Below, piece after piece: positions 56,485 through 64,000 of a stretch of 64,000 nucleotides of DNA (positions are counted from its first letter, which is position 1; each line of letters opens with the position of its first letter). The notes under the pieces are model-generated. The model was not told the DNA's origin. It saw only the letters and a program-made list of their open reading frames with translations, and made no database searches. Made by a program: the position numbers and the translations under genes. Source of the DNA: an uncultured Planctomycetota bacterium (GTDB lineage Bacteria > Planctomycetota > Planctomycetia > Isosphaerales > Isosphaeraceae); the NCBI GenBank assembly GCA_963737655.1, contig CAVTTN010000002.1:7104001-7168000 (forward strand), read 5' to 3'.

Positions 56485-56644
56485 GTGGAAGCGGCTTCCA
56501 CTCCGCGGCTGGTCGACGCCCCTGGGAACCCTTGGCGGAGGTGGTCGTGGGACTTCCGACCCGGGCGTGGGCGGGCCGAACCGCGTTCGAGATCAAGCAT
56601 GAGCACTCGACATTCGGCCGCGACGGGGTGGACGCCGCGTCCAC
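56485..56644. repeat. Pair of 17-bp palindromes just downstream of the integrase (56485-56501; 56628-56644)
   Basis: GTGGAAGCGGCTTCCAC and GTGGACGCCGCGTCCAC. Confidence 0.93.
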
Positions 56645-56693
56645 CGGTCGCCCACAGGCTGACACCCGACCGCCGGGTGGGCAGGGCCCGTCC

Positions 56694-57589
56694 TCAGCCG
56701 ACCTGGCCCATGACGGCGATGGCCTTCTGCCGATCGGCCTCGGCATAGATTTCGGTCGTCAGGGCCGAGGCGTGGCCGAGGACGACCCGCGCGACCTCGA
56801 TCCCGTATTCCTTGCGGAGCCGGGTCGCGGCCGAGTGCCTGAGCTGAGGGGGGTGCCATGGCGCGACCCCGGCCTTCTTGCACCCATAGCGGACCGCGTG
56901 GAGGTAGGTCCGTGGGACGTAGCGTTCCTCGGGGGGGCGGCCCGGGGCCTTCCGGGACCGGTCCTTCTGGGAGGGCGGGACGGGGGTCTTGCGGGCCGCC
57001 CGCTTCCGCTCCTGGCGTTCGGCCACCGCCTCGCGACCCGCGCCCTCCTCGACGGTGGCGCGGGCCGTCGGCGCGCCTGGTGGACTGAGGGCGGGACCAT
57101 CTCCTCGGCCACGGCCCACTTGAACAGCCGCACGATCCGCCCGACCCTCGGGTTGACCTGGTTGCGGCACAGGCCCGAGTCGACCATCGCCTGGCGGACC
57201 GCCTTCAGGGCCAGCGGGCCGAACGCGGTGGCGGCGGTCTGGTCGTAGAGGCGGCGAAGCGGGCGGAGGGAGAGCTTGATGTTGTCGAGCTCGTGGGAAC
57301 TCCGGCCGGCAACGGGGTAGTGCCGTCCCGCGAATTCGAGGTAGGCGACGAGTAGCTCGGACACGGTCAAGGCCGGCGGCGCGGGATCCCCTCCGAGGGT
57401 CCGGGCGTCTCGGGGTGCGTCCCGGCGGCCGTGGGCGAGCCACTCGGACACGAGGCGATCGTACTCGGCACGGCTGTCCGGGGAGCCGTACCTGCCGAGG
57501 TAGCGGTCGCGACCGGAGAGGGTCACGACGGCCTGGCCGGAGGGCCTGTGGAGGCGGTAGGAGGGGGTGCGGGGCGAGCGGGCGGGCAC
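56694..57589 (-). pseudogene. Tyrosine integrase with internal deletion and frameshift; paralog of 9127-10317
   Basis: N-terminus YRLHRPSGQAVVTLSGRDRYLG and C-terminus QLRHSAAT...LGHA...TEIY are present; the TGxR/HK segment (~100 aa) is missing near 57070. Confidence 0.88.
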
Positions 57590-57697
57590 GGCGGGCCGCC
57601 AATCCGGTCGTCTACCGGAATTCTTGGAGGCTTTCGGCCGCGCGATCCCGCCGGGGATCGGTACACAAGTGTGGCGTTCGGCGGGGTCCGTATTGAG

Positions 57698-57771
57698 GGT
57701 GCCTGACGGGATTCGAACCCGCGATCCCCAGATCCACAATCTGGTGCGTTAACCGCTACGCCACAGGCACC
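57698..57771 (-). tRNA. tRNA-His(GTG); island integration site
   Basis: Full cloverleaf ggtgcctgtggcgtagcggttaacgcaccagattgtggatctggggatcgcgggttcgaatcccgtcaggcacc, with G-1:C73; CCA not encoded. Confidence 0.96.
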
Positions 57772-57990
57772 GTCTTTTTCGCTTGCGCGAGGCTGCCAAA
57801 CCAGGATACGGGCGTGCCCGGACGGCGTCAAGGAGGTGGCGAGGGATCGGAATGGCGAGGGGCCGCGGAATTCCGACGGATCGTCTCTTGACGGAAGGGG
57901 ATCGGGTCTGATGGGATGATCCGATCGGGGTCGTCGGCCGAGGGTCGGGCCGGGGGTCGGGTGTTCGAGTCGGGGGAGGGGGGTCGGAAC

Positions 57991-58977
57991 ATGCTCCGCC
58001 TGGGGATCGTCGGGTGCGGCCGCGCCGCGAGGATCCACTTGCCCCGGCTCCTCGCTCGCGAGGGGGTGCGGGTCGTGGCCCTGGCCGACGTCGAGCCCTC
58101 GGCGGTCCGGGACATGGCCGCGATGGTCCCGGACGGCGAGAGCGGGCCGGTCCTCACGTTCTCCGACCACAAGGAGCTGCTCGGCAAGGCATCGCCCGAC
58201 GCCCTGGCGATCTTCGCTCCCCATCGCCACCATTACCGGCTGGCGATGGACGCCCTCCAGGCCCGCTGCCACGTGTTCATCGAGAAGCCGCTGTCCACCA
58301 ACGCCCAGGAAGCCGACGATATCGTGGGGCTGGCCCGGGGCCGAGGGCGGATCGTGGCCGTCGGGCATCAGTACCGGCTCTCGCCCAGCCTGATCGAAGC
58401 CCGCAGGAGGATCGACGCCGGGGCGATCGGCCCGATCCGCCTGGTCACGGCGTCGCTGTCGGCGCCGTGGCTGGCCCGGCATCAGGAGAAGGCCGACGCC
58501 TGGCGGCTCGACCCGAAGCTGGCCGGCGGGGGCATCCTGGCCGACGCCGGCGACCATCTCCTGGACGCCCTGCTCTGGACGACCGGCCGACCGGCGGCGG
58601 AGGTCGCGGCCTTCCAGACCCGGCACGCCCCGGGCCTGGACATCGTGACCGCCGCGGCCCTGAAGCTGGGGGACGGCATCCCCGCGACTTTGGCGATCTC
58701 GGGCGTCTGCCCGGGATCGTTGTTCGAATTGGTGTATTATGGAGAGTCCGGGCGGCTCCGGGCGACCGACTCGGCCCTGACGACCGCCTCCGGCTCCGGC
58801 CCGGAAGAGGCGGTGGGCCTCGCCGGCGCCTCGGAGACCATCGACGGCGACTTCGTGGCGGCCGTGGCCCGGGGCGGTTCGCCGGCTTGCCCGGCCGAGG
58901 ACGCCGTGGCGACCGTCCGGCTCCTGGAGGCGATCGCCCGGTCGGCGACCTCCGGGCAAGTCGTTCGACTGGGCTGA
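57991..58977 (+). CDS. Gfo/Idh/MocA-family oxidoreductase
   Basis: GIVGCG, HVFIEKP, GGGILADAGDHLLD. Confidence 0.92.
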   Translation: MLRLGIVGCGRAARIHLPRLLAREGVRVVALADVEPSAVRDMAAMVPDGESGPVLTFSDHKELLGKASPDALAIFAPHRHHYRLAMDALQARCHVFIEKPLSTNAQEADDIVGLARGRGRIVAVGHQYRLSPSLIEARRRIDAGAIGPIRLVTASLSAPWLARHQEKADAWRLDPKLAGGGILADAGDHLLDALLWTTGRPAAEVAAFQTRHAPGLDIVTAAALKLGDGIPATLAISGVCPGSLFELVYYGESGRLRATDSALTTASGSGPEEAVGLAGASETIDGDFVAAVARGGSPACPAEDAVATVRLLEAIARSATSGQVVRLG

Positions 58978-59209
58978 ACGGTGCCGAGGACGGCCTGGGA
59001 CAGGCTCGTCCTCAAGCGGGGGGCTGGGGTGCCGAAAATCGTCCTAACGCGAAGCTTGACATCGCCCCGCGCCCCGACTACCAGTGATGGCTCTGCGCTC
59101 GGGGCGACCGATCGAGGTCGGCCCGGGCGGGCCGACAGATAGGGGATCTTACGCCCGGGGGCGGGCGACTCGATCGACCCCCGGACCTCCTTGCCTAAGG
59201 ACCGACCTG

Positions 59210-59533
59210 ATGTGGGACCGTCTGGACCAGCTTGCGATTCTCGAAGAGGGCCTTGCCGACCGGCCGGCTCACCCCCTCTTCGACCGCCATCCCGAGGAGG
59301 AAGCCGACGAGGAATTCGACGACGAGATCGACGACGAGGATGATGACCTCGACGACGATTTGGAGGACGACGACCTCGACGACGACCTCGACGACGAAGA
59401 CGACGACCTCGACGAGGACCTCAGCGACATCGACGACATTGACATCGACGAGGAAGAGGACGACGACCTCGACGATGACCTCGATGATCTCGACGACGAC
59501 GAGGACGAGGAGATCGAGGACGAGGAGCCCTGA
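59210..59533 (+). CDS. Small, extremely Asp/Glu-rich protein
   Basis: About 75-aa tract that is almost entirely D/E with spaced L/I; GAC-rich. Confidence 0.7.
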   Translation: MWDRLDQLAILEEGLADRPAHPLFDRHPEEEADEEFDDEIDDEDDDLDDDLEDDDLDDDLDDEDDDLDEDLSDIDDIDIDEEEDDDLDDDLDDLDDDEDEEIEDEEP

Positions 59534-59731
59534 TCCCCAGACCGGCGGCCCGCCGTCTTCCCGGGAACCAGACCCGGGCGGATGTCGGGCCGCGCCTTCC
59601 TGTGGACTTCGGGAAACTTCGACTGGTCAGGCGAGGCCCGGACGGACTATCATCACCAATTCCCCGGCCTCGGCCCTCGCCCGATCGCGGCGAGCCGCCG
59701 ATCCCCGGCCGGGGGAGGAGCGCTCACGCCC

Positions 59732-60151
59732 ATGGCCGCCGCCGAGGATCAGCCCGCCGACCGAGAGCTCTCGACTCGCCGGCTTCGCGAGCAGACTCAG
59801 CGCGATTTCGAGCTGGAGTTCCTCGGTCGGGTGCTCGAGCGCGACCCGTTCTTCGTCGACGTGCTGAGGGTCCACGCCAATAATCTGGCGGCCCGAGGGC
59901 AGTCCGCCCGCGCCCTCCAGATCGACCGCCGACTCGTCCGCCTCCAGCCCGACCGCTCGATCCCGTGGTACAACCTCGGGTGCAGCTACGCCGTCCTCGG
60001 GATGGCCGACCCGGCGTTTTCCGCCTTGCAGAGGGCCGTGGACCTGGGCTATCCCCGGATCGACCACATGGCCCGAGATCCGGACCTCAAGGCCCTCCGC
60101 CGAGACCCCCGATTCGTCCGCCTGATGAGGAAGGCCCTGAGCGCCGAGTGA
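59732..60151 (+). CDS. Small TPR protein
   Basis: [10 protein letters not shown]...[16 protein letters not shown]-end motif. Confidence 0.8.
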   Translation: MAAAEDQPADRELSTRRLREQTQRDFELEFLGRVLERDPFFVDVLRVHANNLAARGQSARALQIDRRLVRLQPDRSIPWYNLGCSYAVLGMADPAFSALQRAVDLGYPRIDHMARDPDLKALRRDPRFVRLMRKALSAE

Positions 60152-60183
60152 GGTCACCGGCCGATCGCCGCGAACTTTCTTCC

Positions 60184-61014
60184 ATGCACTACCACCAATA
60201 CGATCACGTCCACGAGGCCGTCCGGGCCGTCCGATCCTCCTGGTCGGGGTCGCCGACCGTCGGGATCGTCCTGGGGACCGGCCTGGGCGCCCTGGCCTCG
60301 GAGATTGCCTCCGAGGCGACGATCCCCTACGACCAGATCCCCCATTTCCCGCGTTCCACGGTCCAGAGTCACGCCGGCCGGCTGGTTTGCGGAACGCTCG
60401 CCGGGCGGTCTGTGGTGGCGATGGAGGGGCGGTTCCACCTGTATGAAGGCTACACCTCCGCCCAGGTCACCTTCCCGATCCGCGTCCTGAAGGAGCTGGG
60501 TTGCGCGACCCTGATCGTCTCCAACGCCGCCGGGGGGATGAACCCGCTCCACGACAAGGGGGACCTGATCGTCATCGAGGACCACATCAACCTGATGGCG
60601 GTCAATCCCCTGATCGGCCCGAACGACGAGAGGCTCGGCCCCAGGTTTCCCGACCTGATCGAGCCCTACGACCGCACTCTCCAGGACCTGGCCCTTCGCG
60701 CGGCCCTGGAGGAAAACATCGTCGCCCACCGGGGCGTGTATGTGGCCGTGACCGGGCCGAACCTGGAAACCCGGGCCGAATACCGGTTCCTCCGGGCGAT
60801 CGGGGCCGACGTGGTGGGGATGTCCACCGTCCCCGAGGTCCTCGTGGCGGTCCACGCCGGGATGAAGGTCCTGGGGTTCTCGATCGTCACCGACCTCTGC
60901 CTCCCCGACGCCCTGGAGCCGGCGAAGATCGAGGACATCCTGGCCGTCGCCCGGGTCGCTGAGGGGAAGCTGCGGACCGTCGTCACCAAGGTCCTCCAGA
61001 GGCTCGACGCCTGA
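60184..61014 (+). CDS. punA: Purine nucleoside phosphorylase (trimeric type)
   Basis: [40 protein letters not shown]. Confidence 0.93.
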   Translation: MHYHQYDHVHEAVRAVRSSWSGSPTVGIVLGTGLGALASEIASEATIPYDQIPHFPRSTVQSHAGRLVCGTLAGRSVVAMEGRFHLYEGYTSAQVTFPIRVLKELGCATLIVSNAAGGMNPLHDKGDLIVIEDHINLMAVNPLIGPNDERLGPRFPDLIEPYDRTLQDLALRAALEENIVAHRGVYVAVTGPNLETRAEYRFLRAIGADVVGMSTVPEVLVAVHAGMKVLGFSIVTDLCLPDALEPAKIEDILAVARVAEGKLRTVVTKVLQRLDA

Positions 61015-61150
61015 GATCGGTCCCCACGAGCGAGCGAACCGAAAGTCGTCCGGCCGCGTCCGTCCCAGAGGCGACGAGGCGGGGTTGAGCCGGTCCGGGA
61101 AGATCGGCGACAATCGGAGAGACCCCGTCGGGCTCCCGGAGGCGTGGACC

Positions 61151-61393
61151 ATGACCGATGCGACGACCAAGGCTCCGCTCCGCGTGATCCCTGCGGAGGG
61201 GACCGGGCCTTATCTCAGGCTTCCGCTGTCGCAACTCGCCGATGTCCGTCGGTTGCTCGATTCTCACGGGATTCGCTACTGGCCCGACCCGGAGGCGATC
61301 TCCATGAACGGCGGTCCTCCAATCGCCTATATCAACTTCAGCCGGACGGTCGAGGCCGAGACGGTGCAAGATCTTCTTGATCGCCAGCCCTGA
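61151..61393 (+). CDS. Small hypothetical protein (lower GC)
   Basis: RBS-like GGAGG upstream; 80-aa ORF preceding the HEPN-like gene. Confidence 0.6.
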   Translation: MTDATTKAPLRVIPAEGTGPYLRLPLSQLADVRRLLDSHGIRYWPDPEAISMNGGPPIAYINFSRTVEAETVQDLLDRQP

Positions 61394-61409
61394 TGTCCGG
61401 AGTCCTTGG

Positions 61410-62123
61410 ATGGGCTTGTCCGACGACCTTCCCCCCCTCGCCGATCGGGTCCTGGCACGCCTTCATCAAATGGTCGAGTATCATGTCAACAGCATGCGAG
61501 CATGGCGACTGATCGAGGAGGCAGTCGCCGGAGGTCTCTCATTCTCCCTGATGGACATGACGAACGGTCAAGAGACGAGTGACGGCGGCCGGATCGTCGT
61601 GCTCTCTCAGCGTTACCTGGCGGAAGAACTGCCGTCGTCTACCCTCGAGAAATCGGTGGCCGTTCTCGAGGAGTTCCTGATCGGTTTCTACCGCCTCTGG
61701 TTGAAGTCATATCCGGTTCCGATGGCGAAGCGGCAAATCGCCTTTGATGAGATCGAGAGACTGCCCGACAAGGAGGCCATCGTCGAGCGATTCGTCGATC
61801 GGGTGATCCGTGAACTCGCTTACAAAGGGCCGGCCGACTGGTTCAAGACGCTCAAGGAAACGACGAAGCTCGGAAATCCGACGGACGACGAGATCAGGAG
61901 GTCTTGCGAGATCAAGGCCACTCGGGATGTCTTGGTCCACAATCAGGGCATCGTGAACTGGCTCTACCTCGATAAGACCGGGGCCCTGGCGAGGTTCGCC
62001 GAAGGTCAGCAGGTCGAAATCCCTCACGATTACCTCGTCGAATCGACCGTCCTGATCAGGAAGATCATCGAAGACATGACCGCGGCGGCCGTCGCCAAAC
62101 ATTCGCGACCCGAGAAGAACTAG
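61410..62123 (+). CDS. HEPN-like protein
   Basis: Helical protein with N-terminal SVAVLEEFL and Rx4H motif EIKATRDVLVHNQG. Confidence 0.6.
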   Translation: MGLSDDLPPLADRVLARLHQMVEYHVNSMRAWRLIEEAVAGGLSFSLMDMTNGQETSDGGRIVVLSQRYLAEELPSSTLEKSVAVLEEFLIGFYRLWLKSYPVPMAKRQIAFDEIERLPDKEAIVERFVDRVIRELAYKGPADWFKTLKETTKLGNPTDDEIRRSCEIKATRDVLVHNQGIVNWLYLDKTGALARFAEGQQVEIPHDYLVESTVLIRKIIEDMTAAAVAKHSRPEKN

Positions 62124-62141
62124 GAATCATTCGACCCGATC

Positions 62142-64000
62142 ATGTCCACCAACACCAAGCCCTTCAAAGAGACGCTGAACCTCCCCGCGACCCGGTTCGA
62201 CATGAAGGCGAACCTCACGGCCCGCGAGCCCGAGCGCCAGGCCAAATGGCGGGCGATGGACCTCTATGGCCAGGTCCGGGAGATCCGGAAGAACGCCCCC
62301 CGGAAGGTCCTCCACGACGGCCCTCCCTACGCCAACGGCGACATCCACATGGGGCACCTCATGAACAAGGTGCTCAAGGACGTCGTCGTCCGCTACTTCA
62401 CCATGACCGGGTGGAATAGCCCGTACGTCCCCGGGTGGGACTGCCACGGCCTGCCGATCGAGCACAAGGTCGTCAAGGACCTGGGCCCGAAGGCCGCAGC
62501 GATGGACCCGAGCGAAATCCGCGAGCGGTGCCGCGTCGAGGCCTTGAAGTGGGTCGATGTCCAGCGCAACCAGTTCCTCCGCCTGGGCGTCTCCGGCGAC
62601 TGGTCCCATCCGTACCTGACGCTCGATCCCCGGTACGAGGCGGGCATCATGGACGTCCTGGCCGACCTCGTCGAGGCCGGATACGTCTTCCGCCAGCTCA
62701 AGCCGATCCACTGGGACATCCACGACCGCACCGCCCTGGCCGAGGCCGAACTCGAATATGAAGAGGTGACCTCGCCCACCGTCTTCGTCAATTTCCCGAT
62801 GGCCGAAGGCGTCCCGGCCTCACTGGGCGAGGGGCCGTGGCACGCGATGATCTGGACCACCACGCCGTGGACCCTCCCGGCGAACGTGGCCATCGCCGCG
62901 CATCCCGACCTCGAATACGTGGGCGTGGCCTACTCGGACCCGAAGACCGGCCGGGAAGTCCGGACGATCCTCGCCGCCGATCTCGCCGCGAACGTCCTGG
63001 CCAGGGGCGGAGTCGAGGCGTTCCGGGAAGTCGGCCGATTCCGGGGCCGGGACCTCGAACCGGCCACGTATCGCCACGTCTTCCTGCCCAGGGAAGGCCG
63101 GTTCGTCCTGGCCGATTATGTGAGCGCCGACGACGGCACGGGCCTGGTCCACACCGCCCCGGGCCACGGGGCCGAGGACTACCGGACCGGCCAGTCCTAC
63201 GGCCTCCCCACGCTCAGCCCCGTCGATGCGTCGGGCCGGTTCACGGCCGAGGCGCCGGAGAGGCTCGTCGGCAAGACGGTCTTCGCCGCCAATCCCGAGG
63301 TCGTGGCGATGCTCCGCGAGGCCGGCGCCCTGTTCCATCAGGAGGACATCCGCCACAGCTACCCCCACGGCTGGAGGAGCAAGAAGCCGGTGATCTTCCG
63401 GGCCACCTACCAGTGGTTCATCGGCGTGGACCGCAACGGCCTCCGCCAGGCCACGCTGGAGGCCATCGACCGGGTGGAGTGGCACCCGGGTTGGGGCCGG
63501 TCCCGGATCGACGCGATGGTCGGCAACCGGCCCGACTGGTGCATCAGCCGCCAGAGGGCCTGGGGCGTGCCGATCCCGGCCCTCTACAACGAGGAAACGG
63601 GCGAATATCACCTCACGGCGCAATCCGTGAGGTTCTATCGCGACCTGTTCCGCCGGGAAGGGGCCGACGCCTGGTTCAAGAGGCCCGTCGCCGATCTCGT
63701 GCCGCCCGACCTGGACCACGCGCGATTCCCCCTGGAGACGTTGCGGAAAGGCTCCGACATCCTCGACGTCTGGTTCGAGTCCGGCTCCAGCCATCGGGCC
63801 GTCCTGGACGAGCCGACCTACGGCCTGGGCGGCTCGCCCGCGGCGATGTACCTCGAAGGCTCGGACCAGCATCGCGGCTGGTTCCAGTCGTCGATCCTGA
63901 CCTCCGTCGGTTCCCGGGGCCGGGCCCCGTTCGAGGCCGTCCTGACCCACGGCTTCGTGGTGGACGACCAGGGCCGGAAGATGTCCAAATCGCTCGGCAA
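62142..64000 (+). CDS. ileS: Isoleucyl-tRNA synthetase (runs off the window)
   Basis: TLNLPATRF, LHDGPPYANGDIHMGH, PGWDCHGLP, WTTTPWT, DWCISRQR, EGSDQHRGWF, KMSKS. Confidence 0.98.
   Translation, partial: MSTNTKPFKETLNLPATRFDMKANLTAREPERQAKWRAMDLYGQVREIRKNAPRKVLHDGPPYANGDIHMGHLMNKVLKDVVVRYFTMTGWNSPYVPGWDCHGLPIEHKVVKDLGPKAAAMDPSEIRERCRVEALKWVDVQRNQFLRLGVSGDWSHPYLTLDPRYEAGIMDVLADLVEAGYVFRQLKPIHWDIHDRTALAEAELEYEEVTSPTVFVNFPMAEGVPASLGEGPWHAMIWTTTPWTLPANVAIAAHPDLEYVGVAYSDPKTGREVRTILAADLAANVLARGGVEAFREVGRFRGRDLEPATYRHVFLPREGRFVLADYVSADDGTGLVHTAPGHGAEDYRTGQSYGLPTLSPVDASGRFTAEAPERLVGKTVFAANPEVVAMLREAGALFHQEDIRHSYPHGWRSKKPVIFRATYQWFIGVDRNGLRQATLEAIDRVEWHPGWGRSRIDAMVGNRPDWCISRQRAWGVPIPALYNEETGEYHLTAQSVRFYRDLFRREGADAWFKRPVADLVPPDLDHARFPLETLRKGSDILDVWFESGSSHRAVLDEPTYGLGGSPAAMYLEGSDQHRGWFQSSILTSVGSRGRAPFEAVLTHGFVVDDQGRKMSKSLG

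Larger units (their letters stand above)
4300..57697. mobile_element. Composite genomic island of nested or tandem integrative elements ending at tRNA-His; left boundary uncertain
   Basis: Two integrases, two internal tRNA fragments, repeated end modules, IS elements, defence and replication genes; core genes resume right of the tRNA. Confidence 0.75.

Noticed and set aside
10707..56644. Palindromes as a CRISPR array
   Set aside because: The repeats are 17 bp and dispersed, spacers range from about 95 bp to many kb, and no cas genes are visible

Overview
Very GC-rich DNA, most likely from a planctomycete (Isosphaeraceae-like; inferred from LExR-type secretion leaders, ECF-sigma/Ser-Thr-kinase pairs, DUF1580 genes and the integrase type). 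It contains many homopolymer frameshifts (some probably long-read errors) and several true nonsense substitutions. Core-looking genes flank the window: TolC pair and PDZ protein on the left; tRNA-His, oxidoreductase, PNP and ileS on the right. Between about 4.3 and 57.7 kb is a composite genomic island ending at the 3' end of tRNA-His. It holds a satellite-like element (tyrosine integrase, DUF1580, Zn-Toprim primase, DUF3987), two internal tRNA 3'-half att fragments, a cytochrome P460/RclC/RidA/RclA-like stress operon, three kinase-TPR modules, a decayed DUF499-DUF1156-SNF2 defence locus with an embedded PIN toxin-antitoxin pair, IS5/IS66/IS1-like elements, and remnants of a second satellite. 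The most striking unexplained signal is a 17-bp palindrome, GTGGA(A/C)GC(C/G)GC(T/G)TCCAC, seen about 18 times by eye and only inside the island. It usually occurs in pairs 110-170 bp apart, sits at boundaries between gene modules, shows compensatory A-T/C-G variation with one hybrid site, and three times brackets the same truncated gene tail. This suggests an undescribed cassette-delimiting recombination or protein-binding site system. All family assignments come from motif recognition, not database searches.
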